From Gekko japonicus (Eukaryota), in the NCBI RefSeq assembly GCF_001447785.1, contig NW_015160230.1, forward strand, positions 256,700 to 320,699: a stretch of 64,000 nucleotides of DNA. The letters run 5' to 3'. The position numbers and the translations under genes are program-made. Positions 1 through 11,599 of the stretch are shown piece after piece. The notes under the pieces were generated by a model, which ran no database searches, was not told where the DNA came from, and saw only the letters and a program-made list of their open reading frames with translations. Numbering within the stretch: position 1 is the stretch's first letter; each line of letters opens with the position of its first letter.

Positions 1-204
1 GAACATTCTAATCTCTCACCGTTGATGTCTGGAGTTAAATTCCTGCAGAGGCCATTTCAAAAGGTATTGGGGGGAATTCAACCCTCCCTGAAGGGATTTT
101 TTTACTTTTTGGATTTTTCTGCAGACACAGGAAGTCTACTATGTAGGAAAAGCTGTTGGGGAAGAGTGAGCCCTCTGTTGGCCGCCCCCTGTTGGAATTA
201 GATA

Positions 205-1675
205 TATAGATGGCTGTGATTACTAAGAGCCAGCATGGGTTTCTCAAGAACAAGTCATGTCTGACTAACCTTATCTTCTTCTTCTTTTTTTAGAAAGTTA
301 CTAGTGCTATATTGTTTTGCAAACTATGTATGATGTTTATGCTGTTCTGTAAATTTAACACTACTATTACTTACTTTTTTAAAAAAGTTACTACTTTGCT
401 GGATCAGGGGAATGCTGTAGACATAGTTTATCTTGATTTCAGTAAGACTTTTGATAAAGTTCCACATAATATTCTTGTTGACATTGGTAAAATGTGGTTT
501 GGATCCTATGACTGTTAGGTGGATCTGTAACTGGTTGACAGATCGCACCCAAAGAGTGCTTGGAGAAGAGTGACAAGTGGAGTGCCTCAATGCTCTGTCC
601 TGGGACCTATTTTGTTCAACATCTTTATCAATGATTTGGATGAAGGAATAGAGGGAATGCTTAATAACTTTGCAGATGATGCTGGGAGGAGTAGCAAATA
701 CGGTATAAGATAGAATCAGGATACAGAATGATCTCGACAGGCTGGAATACTGGGCTAAAACAAATAAAATGAATTTCAGTAGGGATTAATATACAGTTCT
801 GCATTTAGGCAGGAAAAATCAAATGCATAATTATAGGATGGGGGAGACTTATCTTGGCAGTAGTATGTGCGAAAAGGATCTTGGGTCTTAGTAGAACATA
901 CACTGAACATGAGTCATCAGTGTGATGTGGTAGTTAAAAAGGCAAATGCAATTTTGGGCTGTATCAACAGAAGTATAGTGTCCAGATCATGTGAAGTGAT
1001 GGTATCGCTTCTGTTCTGGTTAGACCTCACCTGGAGTATTGTGTTCAGTTTTGGGCACCACAATTTAAGAAAGATATAGACCAGCTGGAACGTGTCCAGA
1101 GGAGGGCAACGAAGAAGATGAGGGGTCTGGAGACCAAGTCCTATAAGGAAACGTTGAAGGAGCTGGGTATCTTTAGCCTGGAGAGGAGATGACTGAGAGG
1201 TGTTATGATAACCATCTTCATGTACTTGATGGGCTGTCATATAGAGGATGGTGTGGAGTTGTTTTCTGTTGCCCCAGAAGGTCAGACCAGAACCAATGGC
1301 TTGAAATTAAATCAAAAGAGTTTTCAGCTAAACATTAGGAAGGACTTCCTGACAGTTAGAGTGGTCCTGCAGTGGAACAGGCTTCCTCGGGAGGTGGTGG
1401 GCTCTCCTTCTTTGGAGGTTTTCAAACAGAGGCTAGATGGCCATCTGTCAGCAATGCTGATTCTGTGAACTTAGGCAGTTCATGAGAGGGAGGGTAGGAA
1501 GGGTTGCATCAGTGCTTAGTTTTTGTGGCCCTTCTTACATGCCCAGGGAAATGCTGATCACCACTTTGGGTTCAGGAAGCAATTTTTCTCCAGGCCAATT
1601 TGGCTGGAGATCCTGGAGGGTTTTTTGTCATCTTCTGGGCATGAGACAGTGGTCACTGGGGTGTGTGTGTGGGTG
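205..1675 (+). mobile_element. CR1 LINE, 5'-truncated and decayed (RT C-terminal part and 3' UTR)
   Basis: Frameshifted RT motifs [78 protein letters not shown]; boundaries approximate. Confidence 0.9.
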
Positions 1676-1679
1676 CCTA

Positions 1680-2130
1680 CCTGCCTTTCCCCGCATGTTC
1701 CCCAGAGAGCACTGCGATCTGGAGCACAAAACTGCCTGGGCCCCCCTGGGCCTAGGGATGCCAGGTTGGCGTCAACTAGGACCAGGGTGTTTTCCCTGGT
1801 GGTGCCGACGCTCTGGAATGAGCTCCCCAACGAGATCAGGGCCCTGCGGGACCTCCAGCAATTCTGCAGGGCCGTGTAAACAGAACTTTTTCGCCAGGCA
1901 TTTCAGTAGGAATGACATTATATCAGCTGAGCTGCACCTAAACTTTATTATATGACACCGCCATACTTAAATAGTTTTAACTGGTTTTAACTGTATTTAT
2001 TGTAGTATTAAGTTGAGTTATTTTATATATGTATCTATGTTGGTTTTATAATTGTATGTAAGCCGCCCTGAGCCGCTTCGGCGGGAAGGCAGGATAGAAG
2101 TCAAACGAATAAATAAAATAAATAAATAAA
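1680..2130 (+). mobile_element. L2-type LINE 3' end
   Basis: FS..AP.LWN.LP-like ORF2 end similar to 47170-47290; terminal gtaagccgccctgagcc...stem and (TAAA)n tail. Confidence 0.75.
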
Positions 2131-2744
2131 CATGCCCATGCTTGGGAATCAGTTGATTCCTCAGTTTATAACAACCCGGTCTCACTTCATCCCTCCCTTA
2201 CTTACTGGAGTGCTTGCTCTGAGTATAACAGTTGTTAAAAAACTGGAAAGGAGTCAGAGGAGGCTGTAAAAATAATAAAAAGTCTGACAAATTGTATTTT
2301 TTAAAAAAACAAGGCTGAAGGAAGGGTGTAAGGATATAAGAAAAATGATTAATGGGGAAGACAAATATGTCAAGCATTCTCAAATATTTAACAGGATGTT
2401 AAAAAGTGGGAGAACAATTGTTCTGTGAACTTGCTGTGGCTATGTCAAGGGATTATGGGTTGAAATTAGAGGGAAATTAGATTTTGATTGTTGTTTTTCT
2501 AAAGAAGAGGAGTTTGGATTAATACCCCGCCCGTCACTACCCAAAGGAGTCTCAGAGTAGGTCTGAGTCTATTCTGTGATTTCACACAGAAGAGCCATAC
2601 AATTCAGCATTCTGAAAGAGTTGGGCTTAGGTTTTTTTTTAAAAAAATTATTGTCCTTATGGCTGTCAAAATAGACTTAAAAGTATAGGCAAAGTGTGTT
2701 GTCTCTCGAACTGGGCCTGGGGAGCAGGTGGGGCTGCCTTGGAG

Positions 2745-2964
2745 TAGGGTTCCCAGCTCTGGGTTGGGAAAATACCTGGAGATTTTGCGGGTGGAGCCTG
2801 GGGAGGGTGGGGTTTGGGGAGCGGAAGGACCTCAGCTGGGTATAATGCCATAGAGTCCACCCTCCAAAGCAGCCATTTTCTCCAGGGGAGCTGATCTTGG
2901 TTGTCTGGAGATCAGTTGTAATAGTGTGAGATCTCCAGATGCCACATGGAGGTTGACAAACCTA
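2745..2964 (+). mobile_element. Non-autonomous hAT-type MITE (TAGGGTTGCC-type termini)
   Basis: Starts TAGGGTTCCCAG, ends TGACAAACCTA; 8-bp TSD CCTTGGAG/CCTAGGAG. Related copies near 4497-4700, 6179-6395, 6395-6542, 6932-7137, 13157-13353 and 18643-18860. Confidence 0.8.
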
Positions 2965-3514
2965 CCTAGGAGTGGGACAGAGTAGGGCATCTTGCTACAG
3001 GATTTCAAGCTTCAGAGACCTCCTCATGACTGCTAGAAGCAGAATAAATAAATAAAAAAGGTTTGTGAAGTGGACTGCAAACTTACATGGACTTCCTATA
3101 GACTGCAAAGTGGCCTTTCTTGTCACTGAACTAGGGTGCTTGTTATGCTTGGAAGGCTATGCCAATGATCTGGGTATTAATGTTGTATAATATTGAGAAC
3201 TATAAATGTTGGTTATTCCCCCCCCCCCCCTTGGCTTGTTTAGCTATCGAGTTTTTCTTTCTAATTGTCAACATTTTTTTCATTGTCAGATCTTGTTCTG
3301 TCTTGTATACAAGGTAACTTTATCTTTGATAGAATCATTTTTAATTCAATAATAATTTCTTTTATACATTTGGACTGAATAATAAAGTTTCTTCTCTCCC
3401 CCCCCCCTATTTTTCCTTGAATAATTCTAGGAAACAACATCTGGTTAAATTATATGTGTACTAAAACTCTGTAACAGGTCTTTGAATGTGTGTCTAGAAT
3501 ATATAGATAATAGT

Positions 3515-3556
3515 GACCACTGAGGAAGGCCCTTAGGGGCCGAAACGCGTTTGGTC
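3515..3556 (+). ncRNA. Minimal type I hammerhead ribozyme motif (Penelope-like element type)
   Basis: GACCA-CUGAGGA-A-GGCCC-UUAG-GGGCC-GAAA-CGCG-UU|UGGUC: stem I 5 bp, core CUGANGA and GAAA, stem II 5 bp, palindromic ACGCGU stem III, GUU triplet. Confidence 0.8.
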
Positions 3557-6500
3557 TTCAGTTGTAAAGTATTTACCCATCATATGTATGTATAGAGGAT
3601 AAGCTTTTATAGTCTGATCTTAGACAAAGTAATTTTTAATCAGGAAAGTTTTAACATGTGTACACCTTAACAAATATTTGTACTTTTATATATATATGGT
3701 TTAGCTTAGCCCTTTTTGGTTCATAGTCATATCCTGGGTTGAGTCCCCTCCCCCTTTTTCCAGTTTTTGTAATACTTCCAAACACCCCTAATGACCTGGG
3801 AACACAGACATAAAACTGTAAACAAAATTAAAATAAGTATGAATGTAGAGATAAACTGATAGGTCTACCTAAAATCAGTGTCCCCCCATGTGTTTGTAAG
3901 CACACAGGAATTTGTTTGCTTTTAGCATGGACAGGAAGAGCAAGGCATCCAGCTCCCCCATTCCCATGCTACTCATTGCTGCCACACACACCCCGCCTGC
4001 TCTTCCCAGCACTGAACTGTGACCCCCATGGTGGCCTTGAACTCCCCTTTCCCTCAGTTTCGGTTTTCCAACCAAGCCACACTGTAGGACTACAATACAG
4101 CTTTGGAAGGAAAGGGGGGGGGACTCCTTAGAAGGCTGAAAAGGGAAGGTGAGAGGAATGGCTTGCAGCAGCAAACTGATCTGCTCCATTTGAAAGCGGA
4201 GCCTGGCTCTACTCCCTCCCCGTAGTGGTGATGGAGGGAGTGTCTGCAGGGACACTTCCTACTTAGCCATTGCACAGATTCACTTTTGAGTTAAATTAAA
4301 ACAGATTTTACTTTTAACCCAGTTTAAAGGGGAAATCCCTGGGAGTGATATGGAATGAGCATGACGTCATGTGAATGTTACCCTTGAACATCCCTGTGTG
4401 GTTGGGCTATTCCGTTGCTTTTGATAACAGAACTAAAAATACATCATTTGGTGGGAGTTGAAATATTTGCAGAACAGGCACAGGTGTCTTGCGTATACAG
4501 TTGCCAACCTCTAGGTAGGGCGTGGAGATTTCCCAGTTACAGTTGATCTCCAGACTACAGAGATCAGTTGCCCTGGAGAACAAATGGCTGCTGCTTTGGA
4601 GGGTGGAATCAATGGCATTATATGGCACTGAGGTCCCTGCCCTCCCCAGACTCCACCCTCAAATCTCCAGCAATTTCCCAACCTGCATTTGGCAATCTTA
4701 CAGTCTGGTCCAGACTTCTTTGGATAGAATAGGGCCTCCATGACAGCAATGCCTGAAGTATTTTGGTTAAATACCTGAAGACGGCATACCCACCAGTTTT
4801 CCAAGAAGAGCTTAACTCCTCTTCATTTGCTGATCTGAACCACAGGCATAGGTTTGAGGGCAGGACCATGGCCCTGAGCCTTTTTCAAGCCATAGCAATT
4901 GTGTTTTTTTTCCAGCCTTTGTAATTGCTTTGTAAAAGTCTTTGACAGACAAATAATTTTTTTAAAAAAATACTCTGGCGGAGAGCCTGGCTGTCATCTC
5001 TCTACATCCCACAGACATCTTTATTGCAACACCAAAGCAGTTAATTGTTATTGCCAACAGTTGAAAGGTTTGATCTGTTTCTTGGCAATTGCTGTTGTGC
5101 TAAAACCACAATCTACCCTGCCCTCCCCTTCTTTCCCTCAGTCTCTGAATGCACAGTTCAACACTCAGTCACTTGTATTAGAGAATTCCACTGATATCAG
5201 ATGCGACTGGTACTGGAAGCTTCAGAATCATAAATGCTCTGATCTAGCAATCAAGAGTTACTTCCAAGGGCAGTCCTGCTCCTGGCTTTCTCTTTTCTCT
5301 TTCTCTTCATCCAATTCTTATGTAAAATGCTGCTACCCAAAGTGCTAACAACCCTCCAGGATAATCTGCAGGATCTGTCCATGGCAGTTTCTCTTTCTCC
5401 TCTTTCCTCCCTCCAAGTCTTGACATGGTCCTTCTACATGTGCACTGCAGTCCCCTAAGCATACACATTCACAAGTAAGTCCCAGTGACTTTAATGGGAT
5501 TTAGTCCCTCCTGAGGTGAGGAATGTAGCCTTGTACTCTTTATCACTGCTTTCTGGCTAAGCTTACTACTCTTTTGTTTCCTTACTCCTGTCTGTCTGGA
5601 TGCTTTTGTCTTCCTTTCATCTTTTTATATCTTGCTGCTGCTTTGCTGTACTTTTATAACCATTTTTGTCTTAAAAGTCGGTATTACATTTGTTTGTCTT
5701 GCACTTGGGAGACTTAGCTTCCAGTCCTTGCTGAGTCATGATTTTATTGACTGGCCTTCAGTATGACATTCTCTTTGCTTGATTTTCCAGTCTGTAAAAT
5801 GCAAATATTAATGACCCATCCCTCAAGAGGACAAATAAAGATAACCATTATAGAAAGCTTTTCACTTTAATCATTGTATATGAATATATGGGGACCTGCA
5901 AGAAATTTGCGGGAGTGACTATCTCATTCTCCCATTTCTGCTTCTTACCCTCTCCCCCTACTTTTCTCATACTCTTTCACCTTCCTGCCACCCCCTTTCT
6001 TACTCTCTCTCTCTCCCCTCCATGCCTGTCAGTTCCTTTCTGCCCCCATCCCATCACTCTTTCTGCCCCTGTCACTCTTTCAGCCTTTCACCTACTCCCC
6101 CCCCCCACAGCAGCAGTGGCAGCAGCCGCACTCCAGGAATCACAATGGATTGCCCAAATACAGAGATCAGTTCCTCTTACAGTTGCCAGCTCTATTGTTG
6201 GGAAATTCCTGGAGATTTGGGGGTGGAGCGTTGGGAGGATGAGGTTTGAGCTTGGAAGTGACCTCAGCAGGGTATAATACCATAAACTCCACCCTTCAAA
6301 GCAGCCATTTTCTCCAGGGAAACTGATCTCTGTCATCTGGAGATCAGTTGTAATTCCAGGAGATCTCCAGCCCTCACCTAGAAGTTGGCAACATTAGTTC
6401 CCCTGGAGGAAATGACTGCTTTGGAGGGTGGAGTCTATGGCATTATATCTGTCTGAAGTCCCTCCCTGCCTCAAACCCCACCTTCACCAGGCTCCACCCC

Positions 6501-6654
6501 TCAAATATCCAGGAATTTCCCAACATGGAGTTGGAATCCCTATCTCCTTCCCACCCAACAGCCAACCTACCTTTATCTGCCCCTCTGTCTTCAACTTTCT
6601 GTCTCCTTTCCCCTGCATCTTCTACTGAGGAAAACTATGGTCTTTCTCCACAGT

Positions 6655-6830
6655 GGGGACTAAAGCAGTTTACATAATTCTCTCCTCCTTTTTATCCACA
6701 CAACAACCCTATGAGGTAGGTTAGGCTGAAAGTATGTGACTGGTCCAAAATCACCCAGTGAGCAAGGTGGGGTTCTAAACCTGGGTCTCTGAAGCCCTAC
6801 TCTGAAGCTCTGACCATTATACTACACTAA
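6655..6830 (-). mobile_element. MIR/Squam3-like tRNA-derived SINE, decayed
   Basis: cacaacaaccctatgaggtaggttaggctga...accattatactacac core shared with 16155-16600 and 56640-56944. Confidence 0.65.
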
Positions 6831-8045
6831 CTTTCATAGGGTGGCTGCTATTGAAAAGTAACAAACAGCCAGGCCTTGTTGAATTATGCAAGTCAAGTAG
6901 TATCAAGTCACGCAGAAGGTGCTGCTAGGCCTAGGTTTGCCAGTCTCCAGGTGGGACCTGGAGATCCTCCAGAATTACAACTGAACTCCAGAAAACAGAG
7001 ATCTGTCCCCCTGGAGAACGTGGGTAGACTCTGTGGCATTATATCCAGTGGAGGCCTCTTTCCTCTTCAAACTCTGCACTCCTCAGACTTCACCACAGAA
7101 TCTCCAGGAATTTCCCAACCTGGAGTGTGCAATCCTAGTCCCAGGCCTGGCTCCAACCCCCCTGCTATTTAGCCATTCATACTGCAGGAGGAATCCTCAC
7201 CAATCCCAGATCCAGTTCTGCTTTTGCTGACTCCCCCCCCCCAGCTATCAGCCAGTCTATCTCTTACTGTTAATGTGATGGGGGCCTGGAGTAGATCCCT
7301 GTGGTGGCCATTTAAAAATGTATGGGGGAGGGAATTCAACCCTCCCCTAATTTTCTTTAACTTTTTGGAGGAGTCCCCCGAATCTGTAGAAAAACCTGCT
7401 GGGGGAGAGTGTTCCTCCTATCTGCAGAAATAAGTATCTGCATGCAGAGGGGACTGTTGAAAATTAGATATACAAGAAGCGGGGACCCTCAATACTTGGG
7501 GGGGAGTATTCCCCATGGCTCCTCCGCTGAAAAAGCAGGANNNNNNNNNNNNNNNNNNNNNNNNNNNCCCCCCCCAGCACTGGCGACAAGGCCTGTGTGG
7601 CTAAACTTGGCCATTTAAAAGTGCCACAAGGCTGCAACATGGCAGGACCAGGCAATCTTATCCCCCTGTACACATGCATTTAAAAGTTCTGAAACATCTG
7701 TTTTGGCCTTTAAAAAGGCACATGGGGGGACAAGATCAGCTGGTCCTGCTGTGCTATGGACCTTGTGCTTGCAGCACTGTGGTCTTTGCAGCAGAGTGCA
7801 GCTCTGAAATGGTGTTGGTGTCCATGGGTCAGACCCATGTACCCTGTAATGTCTACTTGGGCTCTTAGTGCTTTGATGTTACAATAGGCCTGTGCTGACA
7901 TGAGAGATAGGGCTCTTCTAGCTGCTGTTAGGTTAACTGCTATGGTGTCATAGAGAATTTGGCTGGCCTAGGAGACTTTGGGGTGTGAAACTGAATATAT
8001 GAAATTGCCTTATTCTATGTCAAGCCATTGGTTAATAAAGCCTAA

Positions 8046-8330
8046 GAGAGATTTCTCACTAGAGCTGCCTCGCAGCGCAGCCGCCGTTTTCCCCGACACA
8101 AACATGTCAATTTCACACCCGAGGCTGCGGGGCTGCATTTTGACTCGCAGCTTCGCCCGATTTCCTCCGCAGTTTCGTGATCCTGGTTTTTGAGGATCAT
8201 GAAACTGCGGAGGAAATCAGCCGAAGCCGCGGGTCAAATGCAGCCCTGCAGCCTCGGGTGTGAAATTGACATGTTTGTGTCGAGGCAAATGGCGCCTGCG
8301 CTGCGAAGCAGCTCTAGTGAGAAATCGCCC
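8046..8330. mobile_element. Foldback MITE, probably PIF/Harbinger (Tourist-like)
   Basis: About 139-bp inverted arms around an 8-nt loop (8185-8192); TAA on both flanks (8043-8045, 8331-8333); CpG-rich. Confidence 0.8.
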
Positions 8331-9322
8331 TAATACTCTAACTGGCAGCCTATCTCTGAGGTCTCAGATCCCTTGATTGCCACAGTCAGAGCCATCTGCA
8401 TGCCAAACATGTGGTCTGTCATGAAACAACGGCTCCTCTTCTCTTTAAACCCCTGCCCTGGCCGTCTACTACAATATGCCACAAGCTGACTTGTGGGGAT
8501 GGATTGGCTGATCTTCTTTCACCTGAAAAGGCCAGATATTTGCTACTTATAAAGTAAGATAGTACTGTCTACTGTTTGACCTTTAGACATGCAAATATTC
8601 TTTATTTTCCACAACAGCTTCAGATGTAGCAGTCTTCTTGGCTTTGCAAATTTCAGCAGTTACTTGAGCACCACTCAGAATCAAAAGGCATGAAGGCGTG
8701 CCTGCTAGTGCAGTGAGGCTGAGCACTGCTTTTCATGGGTTCCATTGGCTTCCTTGAGAGAAGAGGCCTTGGTTTCTATGTACCAGGGACTCAATGTGTC
8801 ATACTGCATCTTTGTCATCCACTGCCAATGCAGCGTGGGTTTGAAGCACCACAGATGGGGACAGTGCCGTTGATGGCTCAGCCTTCTGATGACCCAATAT
8901 GTTGATGCAGGAAAGGATTAAAATATAGAATTGGTGGGAGGATGTAGGCCTGCTCAGATGTAAATAGAGGATGTTTCCTCTGAGACTCCATATTTGCAAA
9001 AGTTCTCCATAAGAAGCCCCTGGCAGTTTTTAGGTGAGGAGTGGATTTCTCTATATTAGTTAACTGTCAGTAGCACAGTAACTATCAACACTATGTATAT
9101 AAAGAGGTTTCTGTGATAGCATAAAACATTTTTCAAACAAAAGTTATTCAATATATTCCCATTTATATTGACATTCACAAAATGGAACACTGGAAAACAC
9201 TGACAGATGCAAATTTATTGGAACCCCCTTCTCTTTTAGGACTGAATGTACAACATTAAGAATAAAGACTTTCGGAGGGCCATGAACTCTCAGTCTAGTT
9301 TGCATTGGTATATAGGTTATTG

Positions 9323-9652
9323 CAGGCATGTCCAACTTCGAACAGGTAGTGATCTATTTTTTCCGGCCAAAAGTGCCGGTGATCTACCACCGTGAAAATA
9401 AAGTTTCAAATTAGTTTCAAATTAGTTTCAACCCACTAAAGTTGGGTTCCACCGCCCCCCCCCCAATTTATAATGCACCTTCTGTCATTTACTGGTAAGC
9501 AAAATAAGCAAAAAACCCCAGAGAGACGAAGATCCAGAAAGAAGTGTGAACATTTTTTTACTGAAACCAGGAGACCAAGTGGGGCTGGTGATTTACCTCT
9601 GACCCCTCCGCGATCTACTGGTAGATCGTGATCTACCTGTTGGACATACCTG
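9323..9652. mobile_element. Non-autonomous hAT (Charlie-like) element
   Basis: TIRs CAGGCATGTCCAAC / GTTGGACATACCTG (13/14); perfect 8-bp TSD GGTTATTG. Confidence 0.88.
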
Positions 9653-9871
9653 GGTTATTGGATTGTCAGGCACAACCTGAAGAACTTAACTTTAGTGTTC
9701 CACTAAGAGTTTGTGCATGCCCACTGCCTGTTCTTGTCCCAGTCTTGTCCCTTTTGCAATCTTCTCTAGCTTTCTGTAGGTCTGTATTAAAGTTATGCTT
9801 CTTAAAGCAGTGGGGAGGAGGGTAGGCAGGAAGACAGTGAAACTGCCAATAGGAGGGACAATGATGGCACA

Positions 9872-10246
9872 ATATGTTGTCGGAGGCTTTCACGGCTGGA
9901 GTTCATTAGCTGTTGTAGATTTTCTGGGCTGTATGGCTGTGGTCTTGGCATTGTAGTACCTGATGTTTTGCCAGCAGCTCCTCCATTAGTACCTGACGTT
10001 TCGCCAGCAGCTCCTCCATTGGCATGTCACAACCTGGGAAACTCCTGCAAGATAATGACTCAGCCCTACCCCCACCTTCCTGAGTAGATATAAATTACCT
10101 GCCTACCATTTTTCTTCTCACATTGACACAGAGAGTACTCCATCTTTCTGTGTTATACCTCTGATGATGCCAGTCACAGCTCCTGGTGAAATGTCAGATC
10201 CTACAATGCCAAGACCACAGCCATACAGCCCAGAAAATCTACAACT
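9872..10246. mobile_element. Penelope-like element remnant with inverted arms and a decayed hammerhead
   Basis: 12-bp direct repeat AATGATGGCACA (9860-9871, 10247-10258); arms ~9904-9980 and ~10175-10250 inverted; CTGATGA...GAAATGTC at 10161-10195. Confidence 0.75.
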
Positions 10247-10957
10247 AATGATGGCACAGTTTCCTGCTTTATCATTGATGTTTGGATCCAAAGACTTGCA
10301 GACAGAGGTCTTTCCTACCTCCTTTGCCCTCCAAGAATCTGCTCTTAAGGCTGGCATTGGGATGGTGTGTGATGAACCATGGTAGTGTGCAGTTGGAGGT
10401 GAGTACTGTTAGAAATCAGAGAGACTCTTCCCCTTGTGTTACCAGAAGTCACTTCTACCCACACAAGGGATTTTGTGGATCCAACCCAAAGTCTGGTCCT
10501 CTAGGTTGTAATCTGGAAAAATCAATGGATTAGCAAACACAGTGTTTTGTGGCCCCTCACTCCATCCCAGATGAATACAGTCTGAATTTTATGCTCTGCC
10601 TCTTACTGTGCTGACAGATGACAACCCGTATTTACAACGGGATTTACCATGGATTTCATGGTATTGCTGCTCATGAACTTCGTAGCATGGCTTTTAGTTG
10701 ACATGCTATCCAGTCTGGAATGACCCAACACAGCTGCCTGTGTAACTTTTTAAGCTCCTAGGGCCAATTTACACTACCATATTAAAAGACTGAGTATGGG
10801 TATTCAATGGATCTATGCAAAGTTTGAACTTTCTGTTTAGCCCACATGTAGCATGACATTGCTTAACCTTCCTAGTGGTGGCATGATGACGATAGAGGTA
10901 GGTTGAGGTGTGACTTGGTACATGCTGAAGGCATTGTGCCACTAAGCCCACATTTCT

Positions 10958-11166
10958 AGCAAGAAATTGCAAGTAGATGAATAGGTACCGCTTCAGTGGG
11001 AAGGTAACAACATTCTGTGCACCTTGGCGTTTAGTCATGCTGGCTACATGACCACGGAAACGTCTTTGGACAGTGCTGGCTCTTCGACTTGGAAACGGAG
11101 ATGAGCACTGCCCCCTAGAGTCGGATTCGACTAGCTTTCAAGCAAGGGAAACCTTTACCTTTTACC
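10958..11166 (+). mobile_element. Sauria SINE, 5'-truncated
   Basis: Near-identical to the 3' half of 57161-57513; ACCTTT tail. Confidence 0.85.
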
Positions 11167-11376
11167 CTAGTCTGGTTGTACGCATTGACTCTATTTCGTT
11201 TTGTTTGCAGAGAACTGATTATTATTTTTTTTACCTAGGGAGGTTCAATAGGAAAATGTGTGAGAATTTGGGGAATGGTGGTCCTGAACCCTTGTGCATG
11301 GAAGATTTCTGTACTGTTTATCTGTCACCTGACTAGTACTGGTGGTACTGATGGTACCTCTCTGCTTCCCCTGCAG

Positions 11377-11599
11377 GGCAGAACTGTGAGGTGAACTCAC
11401 GTCTGGGTCGCTGCACCCCGGGGGTCTGCAAGAATGGCGGCACCTGTGTCAATCTTCTGGTGGGTGGGTTCAAGTGTGATTGCCTGTCTGGACACTATGA
11501 AAAGCCCTACTGCCAGATGAGCACCCGCAGCTTCCCTGGCCACTCTTTCATCACCTTCAAGGGCCTACGCCAGCGCTTCCATTTCACCATTACTCTTAC
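11377..11599 (+). CDS. CELSR2: CELSR2 exon (~3): EGF-like domain and start of laminin G 1
   Basis: ctgcag|GG CAG AAC TGT...CTT AC|gtaagt; [35 protein letters not shown]...[10 protein letters not shown]; 223 nt. Confidence 0.95.

Noticed and set aside
4362-4369. Perfect CRE site TGACGTCA (also near 38293)
   Set aside because: Isolated 8-mers without promoter context; not supportable.
1-11376. A second gene or CELSR2 cadherin exons upstream
   Set aside because: No cadherin motifs or credible spliced ORF were found; the region reads as repeat-rich intron.
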